Positions 12,112 to 23,200 of a DNA stretch of 64,000 nucleotides are shown in pieces. Made by a program: the position numbers and the translations under genes. Each line of letters begins with the position of its first letter. The first letter of the stretch is position 1. The stretch is from Mobula hypostoma (Eukaryota), in the NCBI RefSeq assembly GCF_963921235.1, contig NC_086104.1, positions 88,102,001 to 88,166,000 on the forward strand. The letters run 5' to 3'. The notes beneath the pieces were generated by a model that was not told the origin of the DNA, did not search any database, and worked only from the letters and a program-made list of their open reading frames with translations.

Positions 12112-13125
12112 CTTACTGTAACTCACAGTATTTTTTCTCTTAAGTATTGCATTGTACTGCTGCCGCAAAGACAACAAATTTCACGACTCATGCTAGTGAT
12201 ATTAAACCTGATTCTGTTCATTCTCATCCTAGTTAAATTCCACCTGCTATTCCCTTGCCGACTTTCCCAGTTGATCTACTACATCACAGGTGGCAATGAC
12301 TGGAGCAAGATAGGTTACCTGGTTCAGTGGTGTCTTGAACACAGCCTCTCGCTCAGCGTGAGAAAAATTGGAGACCTTGTTGTTGACTTCAGGAAGGGGT
12401 AGGAGGGAGAGCATGCACCCATCCACATTGGGGGATAAGCAGTGGAGCATTGGCAACTTTAAATACCTGGGTTTTAACTTATTGGATGACCTGGCCTGGA
12501 CCCAGCACACAGATGCAATCATAAGAAAAATGTGCCATCAGTTACGAGGTCAAGGAGGTTTGACTCGTCATTGAACACGCTTCGCTAAGTTCTACCACTG
12601 TATCCTGATTGGATGTATCATGTTCTGGCACAGCATTCAAATGTACAGGAATGTAAGTACCTGCAGAGAGTAATGGACTCTGCCCAATAGAGCAGTGCCG
12701 CAAGAAACCAGCAACCATCATCCCCTCCATTCAAGGCATGCTCACTTCTCACTGCTGCCATCGGAAAGGAAGTACAGGAGCTGTAGGTCCCACTTTGTCA
12801 GCTTCAGAAACAGTTATTACCCCTCAACCATCAAGCTCCTGAACTGGCATGCATAACTTCACTCACTTCAACACTGAACTAATTCCACAACCTATGGACT
12901 CACTTTCAAAGACTCTACAACTCATGTTCTCAGTATTATTTATTTATTTTGTATTTACAGTTTGCCTTCTTTTTCACACTGGCTGTCAGTCTTTGTGTGT
13001 AGTTCTGTCATTGATTCTATTGTATTTCTTTGGTCGTCTGTGAATGCCCACAAGAAAATGAAACTCAGAATGGTATATGGTGACATATATGTATTTTCAT
13101 AATAAATTTACTTGGAACTTTGAAC
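12112..13125 (+). mobile_element. Rex1/Babar-like LINE 3' fragments (two tails)
   Basis: WC..SL...K..LVVDFRK and FKYLG...DDLAW motifs (12300-12510). Tails aaacctgattctg (about 12205) and aataaatttacttggaactttgaac (about 13100-13125). Confidence 0.7.
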
Positions 13126-13394
13126 ACATCACAAACACATCCCTCCCCATCATTGGTAGTATTTACAGGAAGTGTCTCAAGATGACAACATGTATTATCA
13201 ACCCTAATCACTGCAGTTTAGCAACGTTTTGACCACTTTGCACTGAAATAGATTTTATTTTGTTCCAATTCTGTAGCATATAAATTGTTTTTCTTGTGAA
13301 CACTGCCCTATTGTGAAATGTACCTCTGATGCTGCTGTGAGTAAGTTTTTCATTTCACCTGTGTATATGACCAATAAACCCAGCTTTGACTTTT

Positions 13395-13545
13395 TTTTTT
13401 GGAATGCCGGAACAAAACTGGAGCACCCAGGAAAAACCCACACTGTCCCAGGAAGAAGAAGCACACTCCACATTGAAAGCAGGTTTGAACCCAGGTCACC
13501 AGAGCGATGAGGCAGCAGCACTGCCTCTCTGGTCACTGTATTGCC
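13395..13545 (-). mobile_element. V-SINE/HE1-like SINE remnant
   Basis: Minus strand has ctgggttcaaacc (B box) and the V-domain-like gtgtgggtttttcctgggtgctccagttt. Confidence 0.6.
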
Positions 13546-13587
13546 CAAAGTTGCCCAGCTTTGAACAAGCAGCGTCTATCCCATCTC

Positions 13588-13918
13588 CAGACGATCACAA
13601 CCTTGTCAGGGTTTGGAAGCTTGTGTGTCACAGTCACCCAAAGAGCTATGTTGGCTGGAGTTAGGGCTTTATGCTTTGACTCTTGGTAGGGTCACCCATA
13701 CCAAACAAGTCAAAGGGTAGAGACCAGACTAAAAGTAGTCTGCTGGTCCTCCAGGTTTGGGGGGTTTGGCTCAGGGGTAACAACCCTGACTTTTAAAACA
13801 AAGTTGTTATGGAAACAGCAATAAAGAATCCTTCTAAATTTGGGTGGCCAAGGACTGACAAGAGATGGAGGAAACTTCATTGCTGCCCGAAATGTCAGTG
13901 GTGTAAGGGACAGTAAGA
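13588..13918 (+). mobile_element. Bipartite (5'UTR + 3' end) internally deleted RTE-type element
   Basis: RTE-like 5' segment joined directly to a RT C-terminus-like/3' end segment. TSD gtctat(c/t)ccat(c/t)tc at 13574-13587 and 13919-13932. Confidence 0.6.
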
Positions 13919-15127
13919 GTCTATTCCATTTCGTAGAATAATAGTACCACCCAACACACCAATAGTGTAAAAGGACTTTGTTTCCACGACAAATGTTCAG
14001 TGCTGTGGTCTGTAAATTGGAGAGGTATCAAGAACAAAATGGGTGTGAACTTGCTTAATTCAATTGAACACCTATTCATTACAATGGACTTGTAAGAATA
14101 ATTACCCCAACTGCTTATTGTGATAAGTGTTAAGGCATGTGAAGAAATGTCTGAAACTGTACAGGGTGGAAGGTATTTATTTTTTGAAGTAAGAGAAAAA
14201 TAAGATAGATCTGAGGAACAATTGAGAATAAGGATTGGTAATTAAATAGGATTACGCAGACCTCACAGAAACTAATTTGTCTTCAGGGAATGTGCTTTCA
14301 CTGTGATTAAATGTATGACATTCTTAATTAGTAAAACATTGATGGAACAGGAGACCAAGTGGTCCCAGGACGCTCTTATTAATAGGATGGTTAATATGAA
14401 AATATTTACCAAGATCACCACAGAGACTGGCCACTTGTTCGACATGGTCCACTACCCAATAGCAGTTCCTTTTCCCCTGTGTTATCCTCACCTCCATTAT
14501 TCAGCTCATTCCATTCCTGAGGTAGAGGATTTGCTCTTGAATCTTCATTTATTAATACCTACCTCATACCTACATTGCCCAACTTCAATCTGACCCCATA
14601 TCTTCTCAGATTCCACCTAGACTGCTGCTCAGGCTTCTGTTTTCTAAAGGTCTCTAGTCTGCTCTCTCTGTCTTAAATGGGTAGGATCTCCCACTTCTAA
14701 TACTACCCTTGGGAACTGTTTTGCATCTTTAACAGTAACAAGTAAGGAAGTTTTGAAGAATGGGAGTACCAGCACCTTGCATTGTGGTTTGGCAGAATTG
14801 TGTTGGGGCTACAGAAACTTGTTTGTGCAGAGTACATCTGGCGGAGCAGTGGGACGAACCAACCTTTCGTTTCGACTGTCAAGTTTGCTGTGTCTCAGTG
14901 CATGTCATTCTTGCAAATAGGGTGTCATCTTTTGCCTGAGGCGTTAAACCAATGCTTGATTGTTCACCCAAATGTAGATAACACATCACGTTTTGAAGAG
15001 CACAGCAGTGATCCCTATTGCCCTACTGAATATATATTCCTCACTCAACAAGAACCAGTCATGTCAATATTATCACAAAACGCTGGTGGAACACAGTAGG
15101 CCAGGCAGCATCTATAGGACGGAGTAC

Positions 15128-15163
15128 AGTTGACATTTCAGGCCGAGACCCTTCATCAGGACT
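15128..15163 (-). ncRNA. Hammerhead motif (core intact, stem I and stem III substitutions)
   Basis: Minus strand reads AGTC-CTGATGA-AGGgtctcggCCT-GAAA-T-GTC-AACT. Confidence 0.6.
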
Positions 15164-15799
15164 AACTGAAAAAAGAGATAGTAAGAGATTTGAAAGTGGG
15201 AGGGGGAGGGGAAGATCTGAAATGATAGGAGAAGACAGGAGGGGGAGGGAAGAAGCTAAGAGCTGGAAAGTTGATTGGCAAAAGGGGTACAGAGTTGGAG
15301 AAGGGAAAGGATCATGGGATGGGAGGCCTAGGGAGAAAGAAAGGGGAAGGGGAGCCCAGAGGAAGATGGAGAGCAGGCAAGGGGTGATTGTGAGAGGGAC
15401 AGAGAGAGAAGAAAAAAAAGGGGGGATTAAATAAGGGATGGGGTAAGAAGGGGAGGAGGGGCATTAACGGAAGTTAGAGAAATCAATGTTTCCTCCCCTT
15501 CTTACCTCATCCCTTGTTTATCTTTATTTCTCCCCACCCCCAACTTTTTTTTCCTTCTCTCCGTCCCTCTCACAATCACTCCTTGCCTGCTCTCCATCTT
15601 CCTCTGGGCTCCCCTCCCCCTTTCTTTCTCCCTCGGCTTCCCGTCCTATGATCCTCTCCCTTCTCCAGCCTTGTATCCCTTTTGCCAATCAAAGTTCCAG
15701 CTCTTAGCTCCATCCCTCCCCCTCCTGTCTTCTCCTATCATTTCAGATCTCCCACTCCCCCTCCCACTTACAAATCTCTTACTATCTCTTCTTTCAGTT

Positions 15800-15835
15800 A
15801 GTCCTGACGAAGGGTCTCGGCCCGAAATGTCGACT
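15800..15835 (+). ncRNA. Hammerhead motif (core intact)
   Basis: AGTC-CTGACGA-aGGGtctcggCCC-GAAA-T-GTC-GACT. Confidence 0.65.
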
Positions 15836-16318
15836 GTACACCTTCCTATAGCTGCTGCCTGGCCTGCTGCATTCATCAGCATTTTGTGTGTGTTGCTTGA
15901 ATTTCCAGCATCTGCAGATTCTCATGTTTGCATGTCAATATTATGTTGCTTTCTGTATCCAAACTAGTTGCTGCATTTCCTAACGTACAACACTGTACAT
16001 CATTAGTTGTAAAATCTTGAAATGAATGTGAAATTTGCTCTATAAATTCATGGCATTTTTTAAAAACATTATTACACTAGCAAACATTACAAGGGTGCTC
16101 TTTACTATCTGCTTCTCTCTCCCCCCCCCAAGGAGTTTCATGCAAGCATAAAGTTTAACTTATGCTGAAGTGTGTAATGGATTGAATGCACCAAACTGCA
16201 TTCAATGAACAGTTGTGCTGACCCATTGGTGAGACATTACCTGAAGGCTGCATAACAACTGCAATATAACATAAACCTGCTGACATACTTGTACTAAAAC
16301 TCCTCCATCAACAATGTA

Positions 16319-16845
16319 CAATGCTGTGGAAAAGTCTTAGGCACATATACAGTACACAGCTCGGGTGCCCAGACTTTTGCACAGGCCAGTAGCAGTTTTG
16401 CACTGTACTGCTGCTGCTGGGGGGAAAAAAAGACACATTTCACGATAGACATGAGTGATGATAAACCTGATTCTGATATGGGTCTCTCTTGTGGACTGAG
16501 AGTGGGAAGGGGCAGGGGCAGGGGCAGGGAGAGGGGAATCATGGTTAGGAAAAGGGGAGAGGGGAGAGAGCAGGAAGCACCAGAGAGATATTCCGCAATG
16601 AACAATAAACCAATTGTTGGGAATCAAATTACCTTTGCTGGTGTCTCAGGGCTGGATGTGTATGCACCTGCGCCAATACTTCTCTGCCACCGGTCCCACG
16701 GTCTCCACCCTCACTATCCCAACATCCTTTGCTCCCGCCAGATTTACAAACTCGCTGTCCGCTCCACCTTGACAAATACAGTACTGTACAAAAGCCTTAG
16801 GCATGCTGGTTATATATATGTGCCTAATATGTTTGCACAGTACTA
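16319..16845. mobile_element. Composite Tc1/mariner-type MITE with a small hairpin at each end
   Basis: TA|caatgctgtggaaaagtcttaggcac ... gtgcctaatatgtttgcacagtacta|TA. Each end (16319-16392 and 16779-16845) is itself a TIR pair. Confidence 0.7.
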
Positions 16846-17609
16846 TATATCAGCACAAAATTCAGAATCCTAGAGTACCTGACAACCTCCACCCCACTCC
16901 AAGGGTTGTCAAGGCCTTAGCTACTAAATATACCCGTAATCTTTAAAGTAGTCAAGAGGTTAAAATCTTCAATATCAAAAATACAGAAACAATGAGCTGG
17001 GTTATCCAAATCCTACACTTACTTTCTAGGTCAATTAAACCCCTCCAGTCTTACGCCTGTAATAACATTTTTAGTTGTATGGCTGTGCTCATTGCTTTAT
17101 TCACAGAATTGGGTAGAACATGGCAAGTTACCAGGACAGCAGCAAATGTCCACAACTTTAGTCCTTGGATGAGAAGAGACAAAAGTGGCAGAACTCCAGA
17201 ACGAAAAGTAACACAAAGATCAAATTACAGGCATGTGCAGATTTAAATCTGGATGTTGAAGCACCTTTAATTGACTTCAGCTCACAACAGATTAGGTGAT
17301 TGCTTCATAATTTAAAAATAAATTCTGAACTTGCTCTTTCATGACACATCACAAATGAATATTATATACAAGGGTGCAGCATGAATCAATTTCCCATTTT
17401 TAAACCAGTGTAAAATGGTTAATTTGATAAGGTCTCAATTTAATAAAATGATCTCATAACAACAGGCACTTAACAGTTCAGCTCATCAAATTGCAATTGT
17501 ATTTATCATTCTTTTAAATTATAAAAATATTGTAATGGCAGCAGATCACCCAGGTCTGGGTAAGAGGAATAAAAGGAAGAAAAGTGGCTCGCATTTACAA
17601 GCACCTTGG

Positions 17610-17840
17610 ACTCACTTTCACAGACTCTAAAAATAATCCATGTTTTCAGTATTATTTGTTTGTTTGTTTTTGTATTTGCAGTTCATCTTCTTTTGCACAT
17701 TGGATGTTTGTCAGTCTTTGTGTGTAGCTTTTTGAAATTGATTCCATTGCATTTCATTGTTCTACTGTGAATGCCTGCAAGAAAATGAATCGGGGTAGTA
17801 GATTGTAACATATGTACTTGATAACAAGTTAACTTTGAAA
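17610..17840 (+). mobile_element. Rex1/Babar-like LINE 3' tail
   Basis: Similar to 12895-13125 (ggactcactttca..gtcagtctttgtgtgtag..gtgaatgcc..aactttgaa). Confidence 0.65.
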
Positions 17841-18316
17841 TGCTGTTCTGGAGGTTGATTATATATTTGCAAAAATAAAAATCAAACCTTCATGCGAAAA
17901 TGTTTGCAGCAACAACCTCTAAATACCTTTGTTCTCTCAATGGCACAGTCCAGGAGATATTAGCACAGTAGCAACACAATGGACGCTTGAGTGTTCTGAA
18001 CAACAGGGCACCTCTGTCCAGCATAACAAAGCAACTGTTATAGAAGTCCAACTATAACAGACAGCTAGAGGTCAACTGAAGTTTACACATTGCAAGGCAA
18101 CTTCACAGACCGAGTGCGACAAACAATCTGCTGGAGGAACTCAGCAGGTTGAGCAGTTATCTGTGGGAGGGAAAGGAACTGTTTGACATTTTGAGTTGAA
18201 ACTCTGTATCAGGGCTAGAGATTGAGACATGTGGTATGAAGAGTCCTTGGTGTATCATGGAAGATCAAAGAACCAGTGTTTTACAATGCTGCTGGAACAA
18301 GTCACTCTTACGAATT

Positions 18317-18489
18317 CTAATTTTCTGATGAATTATCAGACGAAGTCTCAAAGAAAGACTTTCCATAGTTGTAGATTCTGGTTGAAAAGGGGATAAAACC
18401 TTCCTTGACAACAACACGAGTCTCTATAAAGTCTTTATTGGTTTTCCTTTTCCGCTCCTCAGTATTTTGGTCTTCCTTTTGAGGGTCTT
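18317..18489 (-). CDS. SMIM26: SMIM26-like microprotein, coding exon 2 (C-terminus and stop)
   Basis: Acceptor tctttcctctcttttcgttAG, phase 1. Reads EDPQKEDQNTEERKRKTNKDFIETRVVVKEGFIPFSTRIYNYGKSFFETSSDNSSEN*, resembling the SMIM26 C-terminal motif as I recall it (human GFYVETVVTYKEDFVP..KILNYWKSW). Confidence 0.85.
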
Positions 18490-18714
18490 CTAACGAAAAG
18501 AGAGGAAAGACTAATCAACAATTTTGTATAGAAAAATAGGGGTGCTTTTAGCCCCGAGTACATGTTTTTTAAGATTGGTCCAAAACTGTACAGTTTACAT
18601 AGATGAAGAGTGTAGGGGTTATACTCAACAAATAAAGGTCAAAAACACAGTACGAAGACTTGGTTAAAAATACATATACTGTATATAATGCTATCAGAGG
18701 ATGGTATCCAAAGA

Positions 18715-19000
18715 TATAAAGAACATACCAAACGTCAGAAGTAAGCTAATCGGCCCCTCATGCCTGCTTCATGTTTCAATTAAGAACATAGCTGACCATT
18801 CACCTCAGTACCACTTTCCTAAGAAATCCCACATTCCTTGTGATTTCTTTAATACCCAAAAAAAGACTTTAAATCTATATATTCAATATACCCAGCAAAT
18901 AGGCCTCCATAACCACCTTGGGTGTGAATTTCAAAAATCCACCATCCTCTGGGTGAAGAAATGTCTTCTTATCTGTCTTGAATGACCTGTCCTCTTATTT
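18715..19000 (-). mobile_element. Old CR1-like 3' tail in the SMIM26 intron
   Basis: cacc..cctctgggtgaagaaat and cattcacctc..cacattcc, reverse of the CR1 3' region. Confidence 0.55.
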
Positions 19001-19587
19001 TAATAGGTTTTCACGGAATCATATTGTACAGAAACAGGCCTTTCAGTCTAGTGAATCCACAGAGTAGTCATTTATTCTAACGCTACTCCACACCTATTTT
19101 ATTACCCTTCAAATTTACCCCCAACACATACACAATTCAAGCAATGAACACGTTAACCTGAGGCAGGAACAATTAACAGCTTTTAAAAGACATTTGGACA
19201 ATTTGAAGAATGGGAAAGGAATTGAAGAATCTGTTTCCATGTTATGCAACTCTATACGTTTGGACACACGTTCCACATTTTAACTACGCAGAATTAGGAA
19301 TAGACTGGGATGGTTGATGGCAAGACATAGGGACGATTTTTCACTACAAGGTGCAGGGAAAGTGTGGACAAAAGAGCTATCTGGCACTAGCCGGCATGTT
19401 ACATGGGTTAAAATTTACCTTCTACTGGCTATATTGCACATTTGCGCCTCTTACCAAGGGCAATGGGGGATATATTCAGTATCTGATGGGATAATGTGAA
19501 GGTGTAGTATTCTATAGTAGCTGCGTAGTACACGAGTGTGTGTGTGTGGGGGGGGGGGAGCATTTATTCCGCACCAGTTACTTTTAC

Positions 19588-19738
19588 CTGCAGAAATCTC
19601 GCTACTGCTCTCGACCAAAACCTTCTCTTCTTTTCTCTTCGTCTGTAGGTAGGCGTAGGTACCGAACAGGGTCCATATGCCAATCGCGTAGACCAATGAC
19701 ACCCGCAAGTTCCAGCGCGTTATATCCTTCAACTTCAT
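19588..19738 (-). CDS. SMIM26: SMIM26-like microprotein, coding exon 1 (single transmembrane segment)
   Basis: ATG at 19738 gives MKLKDITRWNLRVSLVYAIGIWTLFGTYAYLQTKRKEEKVLVESSSEISA. The W..R.S.VY.IG.W motif matches SMIM26. Donor CAG|GTAAAA, 151 nt, phase 1. Spliced total is 324 nt = 107 aa. Confidence 0.87.
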
Positions 19739-19760
19739 CCTCGCAGTCTGCTGGGTCCCT

Positions 19761-19870
19761 CTCAGAATAAATACCCGCACCCTTCCCTCCCTGCAGGAAT
19801 AAACACCCTCAACCTCTCCCCCTCCTGGGATAAATATCTTCACCTCTTCTCTGCAGGAATAGGAACCCGC
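19761..19870. repeat. Degenerate ~30-bp tandem repeat (4 units) in the SMIM26 5' region
   Basis: Units begin ctcagaataaata (19761), ctgcaggaataaaca (19791), cctgggataaata (19824) and ctgcaggaatagga (19851). Confidence 0.6.
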
Positions 19871-20135
19871 GATCAGTGCACGCACTCAAGGATAAATTAA
19901 CCGCGCCGCATCCAACGCGGTCGCCACGCTTGTAACACCCAAACCCCGCGCTCCTCTGCCCCGCGATCAATCCATCCGGACAGCCGACGCCAGCCCGCTG
20001 GAGGTCACCGCCATCTTGTCGCAGCGTCAGTCGGCGGCGTCCGCGCCCAGCGAGACTCCCGCGACTGCGCCCCCTCCCGCCAGCTCTGCCGCGCCTCCCA
20101 GAGGAGCCTTCGCGGCGAATGAGCTCAGGGACGCA
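19860..20135 (-). promoter_or_regulatory. CpG-island promoter of the SMIM26-like gene with a YY1-like site
   Basis: Dense CpG cluster in otherwise CpG-poor DNA. CAAGATGGCGG on the minus strand at about 20008-20018. GC boxes at about 20068-20080. Confidence 0.7.
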
Positions 20136-20149
20136 AGAAATGCTGGAAA

Positions 20150-20265
20150 AAACTCAGCCAACATCTCTGCAAATAGAAATCTCAGGACTGTGTCAAAAAG
20201 CCCCAGACAGTCCTTCCAGCCGAGGCGACACTTCACCTGTGAGTCTATTAGGCTCGTCTACTGTC
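20150..20265. mobile_element. Small Penelope-derived fragments
   Basis: gaaatgctgga..aactcagc (tail, minus orientation) next to ccccagacagtccttccag..acacttcacctgtgagtc (GIY-YIG region, plus orientation). Confidence 0.6.
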
Positions 20266-20274
20266 ACAAATCAG

Positions 20275-23200
20275 TACAAATTAGTAGCCATTAATTACAG
20301 AGATGTGGATGCAGGGTGGAGAGGATTGGGAATTAAATACCCAAAGATACCAAATAATATGGAAGGATAGGCAGGAAGGTAAGGGAGGTGGGGCAGTGCT
20401 CTTAATTAAGGATGAGATCAAGGCGATAGTGAGAGACGATACAAAATCTGAGGAGCAGAATATTGAATCAGAATCAGATTTATTATCAAATTTGTTAACT
20501 TAGCAGCAGCAGTTCAATGCAATGCATACTATAATATAGAAAAAATAAATGAAATAATAATATTAATAAATAAGTAAATCAATTACGGTATACGTATATT
20601 GAATAGATTTAAAAACCGTGCAAAAAACAGAAATACTGTATACTGTATTTAAAAAATGAAGTAGTGTCCAAGGGTTCAATGTCCATATATGAATCGGTTG
20701 GCAGAGGCGAAGAAGCTGTTCCTGAATAGCTGAGTGTGTGCCTTCAGGCTTCTGTACCTCCTACCTGATGGTAACAGTGAGAAAAGGGCATGCCCTGGGT
20801 CCTTAATACAGAACGCTGCCGTTCTGAGACACTGCTACCTAAAGTTGTTCTGAGTAGAGTACTTTGCAGGCTAGTACCCAAGATGGAGCTGACTAGATCT
20901 ACAACCCTCTGCAGCTTCTTTCGGTCCTGTGCAATAGCCTCTCCATACCAGACAGTGATGCAGCCTGTTAGAATGCTCTCCACGGTACATCTATAGAAGT
21001 TTTTGAGTGTATTTGTTGACACACCAAATCTCTTCAAATTCCTAATGAAGTATAGCTGCTGTTTTGCCTTCTTTATAAATACATCAATATGTTGGGACCA
21101 CGTTAGATCCTAAGAGATTTTGACACCCAGGAACTTGAAACTGCTCACTCTCTTCAGTTCTGATCCCTCTATGAGGATTGGTATGTGTTCCTTCGTCTTA
21201 CCCTTCCTGAAGTCTACAATCAGCTCTTCCATCTCACTGACGTTGAGTGCCAGGTTGTTGCTGCAGCACCACTCCACTAGTTGGCATATCTCACTCCTGT
21301 ACGCCCTCTCGTCACCACCTGAGAGTCTACCAACAATGGTTGTATCTTCAGCAAATTTATAGCTGGTATTTGAACTATGCCTAGCCACACTGTCATGTGT
21401 ATATAGAGAGTAGAGCAGTGGGCTAAGCACACATCCCTGAGGCACGCCAATGTTGACTGTCAGCGAGGAGGATATGTTATCACCAATCCACACAGCTTGT
21501 GGTTTTCCAGTTAGGAAGTCGAGGATCCAAATGCAGAGGGAGGTACAGAGGACCAGGATCTGCAACTTCTCAATCAGGATTGTGTGAATGATGGTATTAA
21601 ATGCTGGACTATAGCCGGTGTTTGTGTTGTCCAGGTGGTCTAAAGCCATGTGGAAAGCCATTGAAATTGTGTCTGCCATTGACCTATTGTGGCAATAGGC
21701 AAACTGCAATGGGTCCAGGTCCTTGCAGAGGCAGGAGTTCTGTCTAGTCATGACCAACCTCTCAAAGCATTTCATCACTGTAGCTGTGAGTGTTACCAGG
21801 TGATAGTCATTAAGACAGCTCACATTATTCTTCTTCGGCACTGGTATAATTGCTGCCTTTTTGAAGCAAGTGGGAACTTCTGCCCATAGCAGTGAGAGGT
21901 TGAAAATGTCCTTGAATACTCCCACTAGGTGGTTGGCACAGGTTTTCAGAGCAATACCAGGTACTCCATCGGGACCTTATGCCTTGAGAGGGTTCACTCT
22001 CTTTAAAGACAGCCTAACATCATCTTCTGAGACAGAGATCACAGGGTCATCAGGTGCAGCAGGGATCTTCACATTTGTAGTTGTGTTCTCTCTTTGAAAA
22101 CATGCATAGAAGGCATTAAGTTCACCTGGTAGTGAAGCATCGCTGCCATTCATGCTATTGGGTTTCACTTTGTAGGAAGTAATGTCTTGCAGACCCTGCC
22201 AGAGTTGCCGTGCATCTGATGTCGCCTCCAACCTCATTTGAAATTGTCTCTTCACCCTTGAAATAGCCCTCCGCAAGTCATACCTGGTTTTCTGGTACAG
22301 GCCTGGGTCGCCAGACTTGAATGCCACAGATCTAGCCTTCAGTAGATGACATACCTCCTGGTTCATCTACAGCTTTTGATTTGGGAATGTACAGTAAGTC
22401 TTTGTAGGCACACACTCATCCACACAGGTTTTAGAGAAGTCGGTAACAACAGCAAAAAACTCATCCAGGTTCTAAGATGAATCCCTGAATACAGTCCAGT
22501 CCACCAAATCAAAGCAGTCCTGTAGGCGCTCCTGTCCTTCCCTTGTCCAAACCTTCTTGGTCCTCACTACTGGTGCTGCAGTCTTCAGTCTCTGCCTATA
22601 CTCAAGGAGTAGAAGTACAGGCAGGTGATCAGACTTCCTGAAGTGAGGGTGTGGAATAGCATGGTAGGCATTCTTGATAGTGGTGTAACAATAGTCCAGT
22701 GTGTTGTTTCCTCTGGTATTGCAAGTGATATGCTGATGGTAATTGTTTAGTGATTTTTTCAGACTGACCTGGTTAAAATCTTCCAAAATGATGATGAAGG
22801 CGTTAGGGTGCGCTGTTAGGTGCATGTTGATCCCATTGCTCAGATCATCTAAAGCCTGCTTGTCATTGGCCTGAGGTGGAATTAATCCATTTGGGTAGAG
22901 ACAGGAATAGTAAAGGGAAACAAATCACTGGTGGGAGTTGTCTATTGGCCACTGAATAATAACATTACAGTGGCACAGACAATAAACAGAGAAACTGAGG
23001 CATATAAGAATGGAACAGCAGTTATCAGGGGTACTTTAACTTGCATGTAGATTGGGTGAATCAAGTTGATCAAGGCAATCTTGAGGAGTCTTGATAGCTT
23101 TCTTGAACAGCATGTTACTAAACACACAAGGGAACGTGCTATCTTAGATCTGGTCCTATGCAATGAGACAGGTAAAATTAATGATCTTGTAGTTAGGGAT

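Larger units (their letters stand above)
15074..15930. mobile_element. Foldback (inverted pair) of Penelope terminal repeats
   Basis: Minus-orientation arm 15074-~15490 and plus-orientation arm ~15491-15930. Perfect 14-bp TSD catgtcaatattat at 15060-15073 and 15931-15944. Confidence 0.9.
14915..16050 (+). mobile_element. DeuSINE (SacSINE/AmnSINE-like) remnant interrupted by a Penelope foldback
   Basis: Before the insertion: gaggcgttaaacc..tttgaagagcacagcag..atatattcctca. After it: gttgctgcatttcctaacgtacaaca..gctctataaat. Recognised from memory of the Deu domain. Confidence 0.55.

Noticed and set aside
19451-19885. 144-aa unspliced ORF
   Set aside because: It starts at a non-ATG codon and runs through a strong donor into intron sequence. 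Only 19738..19588 is supported as coding.
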